Source of the DNA: Christensenellales bacterium
GTDB lineage: Bacteria; Bacillota; Clostridia; Christensenellales; DTU072
Assembly (NCBI GenBank): GCA_051883535.1
Contig: JBJETX010000079.1
Coordinates: 1 to 52,649, forward strand
Length of the DNA: 52,649 bases
Direction: 5' to 3'
Shown here: positions 15,479 to 28,100 of the stretch, piece by piece
Layout: every line of letters starts with the position of its first letter
Position numbering within the stretch: position 1 is the stretch's first letter
Notes under the pieces: model-generated
The model's database searches: none
What the model was told of the DNA's origin: nothing
What the model saw: the letters and a program-made list of their open reading frames with translations, nothing else
Program-made: the position numbers and the translations under genes

Positions 15479-16378
15479 TTACTTCGCCCGTCGTTTACGC
15501 AAGCGATAATTTTTCGTGCCGCCGGACGCGGTTTTTTTCATTTCTATATCGTTTTTCAGATCCTTCCACCCCCAAATGAAACCTATTGCGTGCGCGAGAA
15601 TTTCGCCGTACACCATAAGCGGACAGAACAGCCATACCCACGGCCAGTAGTAATCTCCCGTTCTGTATCCGAACCCGTGTTTCATAAACTCGGGAACGAG
15701 AGCGGTTAAAAATCCGAGTTTCCCTTCCATCTCCGCGGTAAGTCCGAATATGTAAACGCTGTTTCTCTCCGACGGATCCGCTATCATATCTTCGAGCGTC
15801 GACACGGTAAATCCCGCGGCGCGCAGCACGAGTTCGTTAAGCGCGATCACGCCGAGAACGATAAACAGGCTGATAGGCGCGCGCCAGAAACGTTTATAAT
15901 GCGGTCTGTGCACTCCGTATACAAGCGTATAAAACGCCTGCATAAACAGCAGAACGTGCGACAGATAAAATCTTATCGATTCGAGCCTGAACGGAGCGTA
16001 TCCCCACGCGCCCGTCGGCACGAAAATCGCCGCCGCTCCACCTATCATTCCGAGGAATACGACGTAATCTTTCGCCGTGTCGCTTTTGCTCATCATAACG
16101 AACGGATAAATCAGAACGCTCACCGCGCATATGTTCTCGAACGTACATTTGCGCCAACTCATCGGATAATCCGCCTGATATTCCGGAAGAAGCATTTTCA
16201 GAAAATGCACCGCAAGGTTGATAAACGACAAAGCAAGCACGTAATAAAATTTCGCTTTATCCGACGCCTTCCGGAAGGGGAAATACCCCGCGACGATAAC
16301 CGCCGCGGAAACGATTATATAGAAAAAATACCATACGTTGCCTAATTCAAGCGTACCCATTACCGCACCCCGCCTCAA
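15479..16378 (-). CDS. polytopic integral membrane protein (YwaF/TMEM164-like, weak)
   Basis: 299 aa with about 8 hydrophobic segments. The family assignment is from memory only. TTG 16378 overlaps the permease stop as TTGA. ATG 16360 (MGTLELGNVWYFF) is an alternative start. Confidence 0.6.
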   Translation of the reverse strand: MRRGAVMGTLELGNVWYFFYIIVSAAVIVAGYFPFRKASDKAKFYYVLALSFINLAVHFLKMLLPEYQADYPMSWRKCTFENICAVSVLIYPFVMMSKSDTAKDYVVFLGMIGGAAAIFVPTGAWGYAPFRLESIRFYLSHVLLFMQAFYTLVYGVHRPHYKRFWRAPISLFIVLGVIALNELVLRAAGFTVSTLEDMIADPSERNSVYIFGLTAEMEGKLGFLTALVPEFMKHGFGYRTGDYYWPWVWLFCPLMVYGEILAHAIGFIWGWKDLKNDIEMKKTASGGTKNYRLRKRRAK

Positions 16379-17454
16379 TATACGTCTCTTTTTTCCGTTA
16401 CGAGGAAAACCGCAACGAGCGAAGCGGCAAGATAGAACACCACAACCGCAAGGGAAACGAAGAAATTACCGTTTCTCACCACGTCCCCCACGCCGAAGTA
16501 CTTCATAAAATCGAGGGAATACGAAAGGGTAAACGCCGTAATTCCGAGCGAGGAAAAGAATCCGCCTATACCGAGGACCACGGCGAGCGACACGATAACT
16601 CCGACCGCGGAATTGCGGGTTACGGTTGCCAAAGCAAACGATAAGGTTGCCAGAACGAGAATATTTATTAAGTTATTGATAATCGTTCCGAGCGTCAGCG
16701 CGCCCACGGTCGTCATTCCCGCGGAACTTGCGTTGAAACTGTAAATTACTTTTACCGACGCGTCGGTCCCGAACGCGATCGCTCCGTAAGCGTAACTTAT
16801 CAGCACGGGCACGAGGAACGCAACCGTCACCGTGGCATACATCGAAAGCAGTTTCGCAAGCGTAAGCGAACTCTTTTTTACGGGACGGGTCATAACGAGT
16901 TTGATCGTGCCGCTTTTGTATTCCGCGCTGTACGTCTGCGCGCCGTAGATTATTCCGTATATCAGCACGACGAGCGCGATTACCGAGCCGTACATAGTGA
17001 CGAACCCTTCCGCGCTTGCTCCGTCGCCCGTGCCGTCGTAATTCAACCCGAGCAGGCGCGCCTCTTTATCGTAAATCCCGTGTGCGAGCGCGTAGTCGAC
17101 TTCCGCAAGTTTGCTCTTTTCCGCAAAGAGACGGTCGTATACGTTTTTATTCTTCTTATACTCTTTTTCCAGTTCCGCGACGTTGTGTTCGGTTATTTCT
17201 TTGAGTTCTTCGAGATCCTGTTTCGTCAGCCTGTCGAGAAAGAATTCTCCGCCGTTTATTTCGAGTTCTCCGCCGAGTTCTTCTTCGAGTCCTTCCGTCG
17301 TAATTTCGCCGCTCATTATGTCCTTAACGAGGTCTGCGAGCATATTATACACCACCGCAAAGAGTATAAGCAGAACCACCGCCGCCACGCTTATTCCGAT
17401 AATCGCGTTTCTCTTTACGTTCTTTTTTATTTCCCAGACAAAAAGGTTTTTCAT
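16375..17454 (-). CDS. ABC-2 type transporter permease
   Basis: N-terminal TM, an acidic coiled loop of about 130 aa, then 5 TM segments. It is coupled to the upstream ATPase by an ATGA overlap. Confidence 0.75.
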   Translation of the reverse strand: MKNLFVWEIKKNVKRNAIIGISVAAVVLLILFAVVYNMLADLVKDIMSGEITTEGLEEELGGELEINGGEFFLDRLTKQDLEELKEITEHNVAELEKEYKKNKNVYDRLFAEKSKLAEVDYALAHGIYDKEARLLGLNYDGTGDGASAEGFVTMYGSVIALVVLIYGIIYGAQTYSAEYKSGTIKLVMTRPVKKSSLTLAKLLSMYATVTVAFLVPVLISYAYGAIAFGTDASVKVIYSFNASSAGMTTVGALTLGTIINNLINILVLATLSFALATVTRNSAVGVIVSLAVVLGIGGFFSSLGITAFTLSYSLDFMKYFGVGDVVRNGNFFVSLAVVVFYLAASLVAVFLVTEKRDVY

Positions 17455-18413
17455 TTCTTTTCTCCTCCGTTTTCCGTAACGGACATAAAAAATTCCTCGA
17501 GCGAGGTTTCTTTTTTCGATATTCCGAGCACGTTTACTCCCGACAAAATGAGTTCTTTCGCCACGTCGTTTACGGGCTTTTCGGTGGTAAATCCCACTTT
17601 GCCGTTCCCGAGAATAATACTGTCAAGACATAAAACGTCTTTCAGCACGTCTTTCGCCTTCACCACGTCGTCGGTAACGAGGATTATTTTGTTCCCTTCC
17701 GTCTTTTCTTCTATGTCTTCTCTCGTATAAACTCCGCTTATCTTTCCCTTGTTAATAATGACGAATTTATCGCAGGTCATCTGAATTTCGGTCAGCAGAT
17801 GGCTGCTCACGAGCACCGCCATTCCGTATTCTTTGCTGAGTTTGATAAGAACGTCTCTCACTTCTTTTATTCCCGACGGATCGAGACCGTTCGTCGGCTC
17901 GTCAAGAATGAGCAAATCGGGTTTGCACAGCAACGCCTGCGCTATGCCGACGCGTTGTTTCATTCCGAGCGAATACTTTCTTACGGGGTCGTTGCGCCTT
18001 TCGTAAAGACCGACCATTTTCAGAAGTTCTTCCGAGCGCTCCTTTACGTTTTTGCGAAACTCCGCGCCCGTTCCGAATTCTTTTTCTCCGCCGAGCGCGG
18101 CAAAATATTCGAGATTTTTCATCGCGCTCCAATCGCGGTACAAATCGGGGTTTTCCACCACGCACCCTACGCCGGCAAGCGCGGCGACGCGTTCTTGTTT
18201 TATATCGAATCCGTTTATTCTCACCGTTCCCGAAGTCGGTTCGGCAAGTCCCACGGCGATTTTAAGCGTCGTGCTTTTCCCCGCTCCGTTTTTTCCGATA
18301 AATCCGACTATTTCGCCTTTATCCACGGTAAACGAAACGTTTTCCGCGGCGGTAACCGTTCTTCCTTTGCTTTTGTACACCTTGGTTACGCCGTCTATTT
18401 CGAGTACAGCCAT
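17451..18413 (-). CDS. ABC transporter ATP-binding protein (ABC-2 exporter type)
   Basis: Motifs: Walker A GKNGAGKST, signature YSLGMKQR, Walker B LLILDEPTNGLD. Confidence 0.9.
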   Translation of the reverse strand: MAVLEIDGVTKVYKSKGRTVTAAENVSFTVDKGEIVGFIGKNGAGKSTTLKIAVGLAEPTSGTVRINGFDIKQERVAALAGVGCVVENPDLYRDWSAMKNLEYFAALGGEKEFGTGAEFRKNVKERSEELLKMVGLYERRNDPVRKYSLGMKQRVGIAQALLCKPDLLILDEPTNGLDPSGIKEVRDVLIKLSKEYGMAVLVSSHLLTEIQMTCDKFVIINKGKISGVYTREDIEEKTEGNKIILVTDDVVKAKDVLKDVLCLDSIILGNGKVGFTTEKPVNDVAKELILSGVNVLGISKKETSLEEFFMSVTENGGEKK

Positions 18414-18418
18414 ACTCT

Positions 18419-19168
18419 TTATTCCTCCTTTGCTCCGCGATACGCGGGATGATAGTATTTCTTCTCTTCGCTGTTTTTAAGCGTTCCGAACCTGACAGCG
18501 CACTTCGGGCATACGTTTATACAGGCAAAACATTGGTAACAACTTTCCGCCTTTTCCCCGAATACCGCCTTTCCGTTCTCTATTTTTATATTCCCCGCCT
18601 TGCAGACTTTAAGACACTCTCCGCACCCGACGCAGTTTTCGTCCGCGCGTTTTTTGTATACGCCCACGATTCTGCCGAACATAAACCACACCGCTTTCGA
18701 CCTGAACCCGAGAGGCTTTTTCGCTTTTATTTCCTTCCTCTCCGCTCCGTCGATTTTCGCCTTGATTCTCTCTATCCTTTCGTCCGCGCTGTCAAGAAGT
18801 TTTTTTACCACCTTTCTCGGAAACGCGTACAGAACGCAACTGTCCGGCATAACGAGACTTTCCGCAAAATCCAACGTCGCGCCCTTGGAACAAAGCAGAT
18901 ATTTGAGAGAGGAAAAACTCCTGCCCGCGCTCGCGCCGCAGGTGCATACCGCAAACGCGTAATCGGGTTTGTTTATCGCCGATTTTTTCATAAATTCTAT
19001 CAGTTTCGGCGGCATGTCTCCGCAATAACACGGGAACACTACGCCCAATCTGCTTTCGTCGCAGACGGTAAATTCCTCTTTTGCCGCGTCCACGAGTTTT
19101 TCTCCCGCGTTAAGCAGTTTTTCGGCAACGTAACGCGAGTTGCCCGTTCCGCTGAAGTAAATTATCAT
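18419..19168 (-). CDS. flavodoxin-like / 2x[4Fe-4S] ferredoxin fusion (EFR1-type)
   Basis: The N-terminus MIIYFSGTGNSRYVAEKL is flavodoxin-like. Two cluster motifs are present: CVGCGECLKVC and CYQCFACINVCP. An AGGAG RBS starts 5 nt after the stop of the giant gene. Confidence 0.8.
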   Translation of the reverse strand: MIIYFSGTGNSRYVAEKLLNAGEKLVDAAKEEFTVCDESRLGVVFPCYCGDMPPKLIEFMKKSAINKPDYAFAVCTCGASAGRSFSSLKYLLCSKGATLDFAESLVMPDSCVLYAFPRKVVKKLLDSADERIERIKAKIDGAERKEIKAKKPLGFRSKAVWFMFGRIVGVYKKRADENCVGCGECLKVCKAGNIKIENGKAVFGEKAESCYQCFACINVCPKCAVRFGTLKNSEEKKYYHPAYRGAKEE

Positions 19169-19184
19169 ATTCGTTCTCCTTTTA

Positions 19185-22100
19185 TCAGTTCGTTCCGATT
19201 AAAACGTACGCCGTTATCGCCGTGCCGCTACTCTTAGGCGTGAGCGTGATCTCCCACAGATAATACGTTTTCCCTCCGACGTCAACGCTCTTTCCGCTTG
19301 CAGACGGAGTTGTCGTATACGGCGCGGAAGTGTATTTGGAGTCGGTTATGGCAATAGAATAAGTATTTCCGTCAATGGTCGCCGTATAGGTTTTTAACGT
19401 ACTGTTTACCGTATAGACTCTTGTCGCCGTCGTCGTATAAGCGCTGCCTTTACCGCAGAACGCGCAATACTTATTCAACACCTTAATAGTTCCGTTGTCG
19501 TAAACCATTTCCTGCACGCCGTACAAGGTTTCGCTATGCTCCTCGTCTCCTGTTCCGTAATCCGCTCCGCATTCCGTGCAGACGTGTCCCGACCCGTCGG
19601 AGTTGGATTTATAATCCGTACATTTATGCGGGAACAGCATCGCGTAAACGCCGTCGTGCGAGAGCGTATCCGTCGCAAAGCGGACGTAAGTTATGCCGTA
19701 TACCGTGCCTTCTTCGTCTCCGCCTACGTCGACGAACGTTCCGTCGGGTTTCAGTTTTATCGAAACGGGATAGAGTTTGTACAGGTCTCCCTTGTCTTCC
19801 GCAAGTCGCGCGGGCAATTCGTAGTAACCGCCGTTTCCGTTCTTGTCGGCGGCGTAAGCCGTCATCTTAACCGAAGCGAGTTCGGCGCTTAGTCCCTCTG
19901 CCGTCGCAGACGAGAGAACAACGGGCGTTCCCGTTCCGCATATCGCGCATTTATTGATTACGAATTCGTACGTATTGTCTCCGACTGTATATTTCGCCGT
20001 ACCCGTCACGGTTTCTTCGTGCGCCGCCGCGTAATCCGCTCCGCAATCCGCGCAGACGTGCGCGCTTCCGCTGTGCAGGAAGTTATGGCAGACGTGGTTT
20101 ACCGCAACGTAATAACTGCCGGCGAGCGTTATTCCCGTAGTCGCGTTGACTAGAACGACTTCCACTACGTCGCAACCCGTCGTTTCTTCCACGAAGTATC
20201 CTTTTACGAGTTCGCCCAGCGCAAGCCCGTCGTAGTTTTCTTTTACGGTAATGCGATATTCCGCGTCGTTGTACTCGACGAGGTATCCGAGCAGAACGCC
20301 TTTGAGTTCTCCCACCGTGGGCGTCGCGCTCAATTCAAAGTACGCGTTTCCTTCGCCGCCGACCACGCACTTCGCTCCGATAACGTTGAGCGTTTTTCCT
20401 CCGACCGTCTTCGCTTCGGAAACCACCTTACAGATATGCGCGGAGTCGTTCTTTACGGGAAGGATAAATCCTGTCGTCCTGCTTTCTCCGCCGACTTCGT
20501 AAGCATACTCTTTCGTAATCGCTTCGTCGTCCGTCCTCGTAAGCGTTACCGCAAGCGCGTAATACGTAATTCCGTTTTCGGCGAAGGTAAACGCCGCCGC
20601 CTCGACTATTCCGAGCGAGGATTCCGCGGTAATCGAATACTTCCACTCGTACCCGTCAAGGGTAACGGTAATCGCGCTTACCGCAGTAATCGCTTCGGCT
20701 ACGGTCGCCGCTTCAACGCTCAGCAATTCGCCTTCTCCGCAAACGCCGCAGACTTTGGTCACCGCGCCGTAAACCGCCGCGCCGTTTTCCGTTTTCTTCG
20801 TGGCGTACGTATCCGCAACGTGCGGCGTTTCTTCGGTTTGTCCGCACCCTATGCAGGTATGCGTTCCGTTTTCGTCGGGTTTGTAATGGCAATCGCTATG
20901 GGCTACGAGAACGTAATAATCAACGTTCGCTTCCACGTTCACCTTCACGATATAATATAACGTTCCGCCGACGGTTACGCTACCGGTCGCTTTCGCTCCC
21001 ATAGGCTCGTCTCCGTCTCCCTGCGCGGAAATGCGTTTCCCCTCTTCTCCTATCGCGGACGGCGCGAGGAAGAGGTTCATCTCGTTGAATTCTTTTTCTG
21101 TCGTCTCGCAATCGATTATAAGAAGCGTATGCCTGTCGTTACATACCGAGCAAACTTCGCCGAGTATGAATATCTGTTTGCCGTCAACGAAGTAATTGTC
21201 GTCCATATACGCCGCGGCAACGTATTCGGAAACGTGTTCTTCGTACAATCCGCAGACCGTACAACGGTGTTTTCCGCTTCCGTCGTCTTCCGCGAACGTA
21301 TGTTCTCCCGTGGCGGGCAGAATTCTCTGTCTGTCGTGTTTGATAACGAGCGGCGTTCCGTCGCTGAGTACCCCTTTTACTTCGTATTTGCAACCCGTAT
21401 ATCCTATTTCTCCGCAAGTAGGCGCAACGACGACTATTTCCTCTCCTTCGCAGTTGGATACCGCTCTTCCTTTAAGTACCCCGCCGTCGTATACGTCCAC
21501 CGTTACTTCTTCCGCAACCTCTGCTTCGCTCGTATAAACGTACGCGGTACAACCGTCTTTCGTAAACATCCAGCCGCCCGAATATATAACCGTCGTTTCA
21601 TCTGCGTTCAGCGTTCCTCCGTTGTTTTCAAGTCCGCCTCCCGGTTGTAAAGTCACTGAATATACGTTAAGGGCCCCTCCTGCCTCGAGAATGGCTTTTC
21701 CTCCGCTGTATACCCACGCTTCTCCTATTGTTGTCACACCACTATCATAATAATAAACTTTCAACTCCGCATTTATCGTTACCGTTCCTCGAATGGACAA
21801 AAATCCGGAAGTTATTATTTCCGTCGTTCCCGACACGGTGAGCGCGAATCCGATTTCAGACATATAGATTCTATTTTCGTTTCCGACAAAAGTAAGACTT
21901 ATATCTTGCGTACTGCCGTAAGTAATCTCTCCGTTTATTACGACCTTACCGTTCGCCGTAACGTTCGTGCCCGTTTCTCCGAGATATAAGGACTCTGCGG
22001 TAATTCCCGCCGCGATTTCGTAATTACCCGCGCCGAAAGACATATTCGTTGCCGTAAGCGTTTTCCCGACCGTCGATTCCACCGTTCCGCCGTTAAGACT

Positions 22101-25100
22101 GAACGAATCGACCGTCAGATTTCCGCCGATCGTCGTAACCGAACCATTTTCTCCCGTTATCTCTCCTTTGAGCGAGCAGTCCGCAGTTAAGACCAGCCGT
22201 CCGCCGTTTACTATTTTCGACGAAGCGGTCGTTACGGTCTCTCCGTAAATCGTCACGCTCGCGCCGGAACTTATCTTCATTCCCTCTCCGACGTTGACCT
22301 TGCCGCCCGCGTTCACCGTAACGTCGACGCCGGTCGATATCTCAAACTCTTCTTCCGAAATTCCGCCGAAGAAAATCAGCCGTCCGTTGATTGCCGCGTT
22401 CGTTTCTACGCTAAGTTTTCCGCCGGAAGAAATTCCGATTTTGCCGTTTATTTCCACCGCGGACGCGCTTGCTACCGTCGCGGTTCCGCTCGCCACTATC
22501 GTTTCTCCTTCGGGCAATTCGGTTATCGTCGCGTTATTCACGCGGATAATTCCGCCTTTTCCGAACGCGTCGGTTACGTTCATGTAATGGCTGAGATATC
22601 TCGCCGTCGCGCCGTCTCCGTTGTTTGCCGGTTCGTCGCTCGTCAACGCGTATCCCGTCTGCATACGCGTTCTTCCTTCGTACAGATACTTCGTGCCGCT
22701 TCCCGCTTCCGCAGAACCGTAATACAACGCCATCGCGCCGTTTCCGTCAAGCGCGTAAACCTCTCCTTCGTAAGAAGAGCCGCTTAGCGTTGCGTACGCG
22801 GTAACGTACTCCGCCACCGCGCCCGTTATCCGAGCCGCCGCCTCGAGAGTAACCGCCGCGTATTCCGCCACGGAAGAATCGGCTTTGCCGTATCCGACGT
22901 AGAGAACCGCGTCTCCGTCCGCGTTGGTGACGGTTCCGCTTACCGACACTCTCGCGTAGTTGCCGTCATCGTTTCCGTTTTCCACCGCCACTATCGCGCC
23001 GCGGTATATTCTCTCATCTCCCACGAGGGTTATTCCCCTCGCCGCGGTCGCGCTTACCGTTCCGCTTATCGACGTATATCCCGCGCCGACCGTCAGGATT
23101 CCCGCGGTCTGTCCCGCAACCGTCGCTCCGCTCTTCACGTTTATAAGCGGCGTAGCCGTATCCGTCGTCGTTTCCGTCGGACGTACGGATTTTATGCCCA
23201 CGTCGCCGCTTATCGTCGCTCCGCTTTCCGCCGTTACGACAACCGCGCTTCCTTCGGCGTAAACCGCAGAGTTATTCGTTCCCGTCGCTCCGACTGCGCC
23301 CGTGATTACTACGTTCGCCGCGCTTCCGACGACTTTCAGTCCGAAGTCGTAACCCGTTACCGTTCCGTTTATCGTCGCGTCCGCGCTCGTCGCTATCGCC
23401 GTTCCTCTCGCGCTCGTTACCAGCGCCCCCGCGTTGACGGTAACTTTTCCGCTTCCGTCGATCGCGCCGTATTCGGTTTCAATCGTTCCGCTTTCTACGA
23501 CGATCTCTCCCGTTCCCGAAAGCGTCGTCGTTTCTCCCGTCGCGCTCACGCTTGCGTTTTTCAGCGTAAGTTTTTCGTTCGCGGTAATTGCGCCGCCGTT
23601 GAAAGTCAGCGTAAATCCGTTAAAATCGAGAACGGTCGCAACGGAAGGCGCGTTTACGCTTTCTCCGACGGACAGACTCTTTCCGAGCAGATACGTCGCT
23701 CCCGATTCGAGCGCGCTCGCGTCGCCGTATGCAATTGAAAGCGTTCCGTAATAATTCTTCACGTCGGAACCGAGCCTCGAAACCGCCGCGTCCACCGTCC
23801 ACAGCGCGCCGCCTTGTCCCGCCGAATACCCGCCGAGTCTGACGAGTCCCGTTTCGGCAACGGTAAGTTCCGTTCCTGCCGCCGCCTCGTATGAGGAAAG
23901 AACGGCAACCGCCGATACGGTCAGCGCGCCGCCGCTTATTTTTAACCTATATCCCGTCTTTTGTTCGTAATCGTAGTTTATCTCCGCTTCGCCGCTCGTC
24001 ACGGTATAGTCGTATCCCGACTCGCCGCTTCCGACAATCGTTTCGCCGGAAAGAACTCTTATACCTTTTCCGTACCCGTCTTCGGGCGCGTTTCCGTTGT
24101 TTATAAATCTCTCGGAACCGATAACGATTTCCGCTCCCGCAAGCGCGGCAAGTTCTCCTCCGAGCGCGCCGCTTAATCTGAACGACGCCGCGTTTACCTT
24201 TACTTTTACTCCGTCGTTCACGACAAATCTGTCAACGCCGAGGTTCGTCGTCGCAAGGAACTCGACGGCGCGCGCAACTTCGAATTCCACCGCGTTGACG
24301 GTAAGAGAGGATTCAAAGGAAATCGCTTCGCCTTCGGCTATTTTCAGGTGCGTATATCCGCCGAACGCGTTTTTATCTATGAAATCGCCCTTGTCGTACG
24401 CAACGGCTTTGAAATATTGCGCCGTTTCCGATTTTTCTATAGTCGCGCCGCCTACGGATAACAGTTTTCCGTGTATGGTCGCGCCCGTCTTAATGACGAA
24501 CACGGTAGACGTGCCGTTCAATTCGAGTTCATCCGTTTTTTCCACGCTGAAATCGATATTTTCAAAAGTGGTCATCGTTCCGACAAGCGTTCCTTTCAGT
24601 CCCGTCGCGGTCTGAGTTACGGTAAACGCTCCGCTGTCTATTTTGGCAAACATTGAGGACATAACTCTGCCCATCATATTAACCGTCATCCGTTCGGGAG
24701 CCGTCGTGCTGCCGAACGCACCCGCCTTGAACACCGCGGTTTCGTTGCCTTCGTCCACAGTCAACGCGGTTACCGGCGCGCCGCTGAACGCGCTCTCTCC
24801 CACTGTTATACCGTCCCTTTCGGGTAGAGACACCGCGGTTATTCCCGTATCGGCAAACGCCCTGTCGCCTATAATAAGCGAAAGAACGGAAGCGGAGACA
24901 ATCTCTATTGCCGTAAGGTTGGTCGCTCCTGCGAACGCGCCTGCGCGTATATTGCTTACGTTCGCGCCGAACACCGCTTTCATTCCCGCCGCCGAGCCTG
25001 CGCCGAAGAACGGCTTTGCCGCTTCCGTACATTCGTATTCCGCGCCGTCGGGATTGAAGTTGACGAGCGTAAGACCGCTCATCATTCCGAACGCCTGCAC

Positions 25101-28100
25101 GCCTATCTTTGTCACCGTTTCGGGTACGGTAAGCGTTTTCACCGCGGTAAATCCGTAAAACGCGTAATCGGGTACGGTCTCGACCTCTTCGCCGATTATC
25201 AGTTCGCAATTCGTACTGTATGTCTGAACGAACGTAGCGCTGCCCGCTCCGTCTTTATTCGCTCCGTTTCTGACGTTATACGTCAGTTTTGCAAGGGAAC
25301 TCGCTCCCACGAACGCGCTCGCTCCGAGAACCGTCGCGTCGCCGCCTATCACCGCTTCTTTTACCGAACTGCAATAGTAGAACGCTTCCATGCCCATCAA
25401 CACGAGATTTTCCAGACGGACGACCTGTTCTCCTCCGCCTTCTTTCGCCATTTCGGAAACGTGCGTTATTCTCACGAGTTTCGGCGCTTCGCCGCCGTCG
25501 CCCTTGCTGAACGCTCTTTCTCCTATCGTGCTCAATCCTGCGTCGGAAGAATAATACACCGACGTAAGGTCTTCGCAACCGCTGAACGCGTACCCGCCGA
25601 TTTCCGTCACCGCTTCGGGAAGAACAACCGTCTTCACGCCGCTGTATTCAAACGCTTTTTTCCCTACGATCGTAAGGGATGTACGCGATAAATCCGCCTC
25701 TTCGAGCGAAGCGCAGTAACCGAACGCGGATTCACCTATCTCGGTAACGCGTTCCGTCGCGTCGAATCTGACGAGTCCGCTTCCCGCGAACGCTCCGCCG
25801 GCAATCGTAACCCGTTCCGCATTGTCTCCCGAGGCAAACGATACCGAGGTAAGATACTTTCCGTTTTCCTCATAACCGCCGAGAGAAGTCCTCGAACAGA
25901 ACAGATCTTTTACAATCGCGGTAACTCCCGTACCCACGATAAACGCGATACCTTCCGCCGCGTCTTTTCCCGAATTGCCGAATACCTGCGAGCCGACGTT
26001 AAGCGGGTTAAGCCCCGAAAGAGTCGCCGTAGAAAGGTAGTTTATCGTCGCAAGATTATTTATTTCGGCAAACGCGCGGTTTCCTATCTTCGCCACACGC
26101 TCCCCTATCGTAACTTCGGTTAACGCCGAACAGCCGTAATACGCGTCCTCTCCTATTTCTTCAACCGCGTCGACGAGACCCGTCCCTGTAAGCGAAGAGC
26201 AGCCGCTGAACGCTCTCTCTCCTATCTTCGTCACCGTCTCGGGCATAATAACGCTCGTTATCGTGTAAAAACCGATAAACGCCTCGTCCGCAAGCGCGGT
26301 TATCGCCGCTCCGTCCGCGCCGACGGCGGGCATTTCTATTTGTCTGTAATACGCTCCGACGTAGTTCTTATACTCCGCCGTGTTTTTTATCGTGTCGTTA
26401 AGTTCGGCTACCCCGCTGTCCGAAGTTATCATTCTGATAAGATAACAACTGAAATACGCGTGAGAAGCGTACGTTTCGTGCTTGTAAGTCCTCTCTGCGG
26501 AATAAGAACCCGTCGCGTCCTTGAATCCGTCTCCCTCTGTCTTCGACGAATCGAGCGTATCGCCTTTGTACCATCCGCTGTACATGACGTTGTCGACGTC
26601 GAGTCCCGCGTTCTCCGCGACGACTTTGGTTTCGTCGTCCCCTATAAGTCCGACCGTACCGTTGTAATTAACCGTATACGTCGTTTGCGCCAAGGCGTTA
26701 CCGTACACCGTAACGGGCGCGCCCGACAAATGGTTGAGCGAATCGGCAACGGAATATATGCTGTAATACACTCTGTAATTTATCGCTTCGATTTCCGCTT
26801 TTACGTAAACGTCGCAGACGTATTTTTCTTCCGTCGTTTTCATTATCGCCGAAGCCGTGGGATAAGAAAGGTTTTCTTCGTCGAATCCCGAACCGAGCGT
26901 TTCCGTAACCGCGGTCATATCCGCATTTTCCGATACGGTAAACCCGGTTATCTTGTTTCCGTTACGCATTATCGCCGTATAGTTGCACAGAAAATCAAGC
27001 GTGCTGCCGTATTCGAAAGTATAAACCAAGGCGAATTTATTCGACCCCGCCGACGAATCTTTTATCTGCGTCCTGTCGTCAACCGCCCTTGCGGTAAACG
27101 TCATTACCTTGAACTCCGCTTCTATCTCGGAATTCTCCGTCAGAAAAACGGTTATCGTTCCGTCGTCGTTTACGCGGTATTTGAATACTTTGTTGCCCGA
27201 AGTAACTTTATAAACCACTCCCTCTTCCGCTTCGGAAATGTCGAACCTCACGATTACGTCGCTCTGTCCGTCGGTATGAGAAGTTATTTTCCATACGGTA
27301 AAATCGTATCCCGTAGGCGAATGTCTTTTAAGGGTTATCTCCGAAAAATACAGGTGTCCCGAAGTAACGAACGGATTGCTTTCTCCGTAAACCGTTTCTT
27401 CTTCCCTTTCCACTATTTTATTTACGTTCGCGGTCTCAACGTTGCCCGCGCCCTCGTCGAATCTAAACGTGTTTTTCGCCACGGATACGGTATACGACTG
27501 AAGTGTAAATCTTCCGTACGCCCATACGCTTCCGTCGGGCATCACGTTTTCGTTATACGGTTTGTCTCCGCTCATTCTCGTCCATCCGCCGAAAGAATAC
27601 CGCCTTTCGGTCGCGTCTATCGTCGGATCTTCGATCTGCTGTCCGTAAACCATATCGTACGCCGTAACGTCTTTCATCGAGCCGTCGGAGGCAAGTACGC
27701 CCGTCACGAGATAGTAGTCCAGGTCGCCGACCGTTTTCTTGTCTCTCGTATCTACCGCAATATAGCCGGATAAAAGTCTGTCCGCGTCGGCGTGCAGATA
27801 ATCCGCGCTGACGTAGTATTTGACCGTATGAATATTGCGCTCCGCGTAAATAACGTATATCGTGCTCTTTCCGCTCTTTATGAAAACGAAATTTATCTCG
27901 CTTTCGTATTCTCCCGTATTCGTTATTCCGTATCCGCTCTCTTCTCCGATCGCTTCCCCTCCGACTCTTACGTTGTGCATTCTGTAACCGTTGTCTACGG
28001 TAACGTCAACGTCGAACGCCGAACCGAAAGGCACTACGTACACCGAACCCGAGGCGTATAACGACGGATCTTTGCCGTTTATGGCGGAAACTTCGTACGT

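Noticed and set aside
14184-15579. Alternative-frame + ORFs 14184-14732 (182 aa) and 14770-15579 (269 aa)
   Set aside because: They are Arg-rich out-of-frame reads of ecfT and truA. The in-frame products carry the diagnostic EcfT and TruA motifs.
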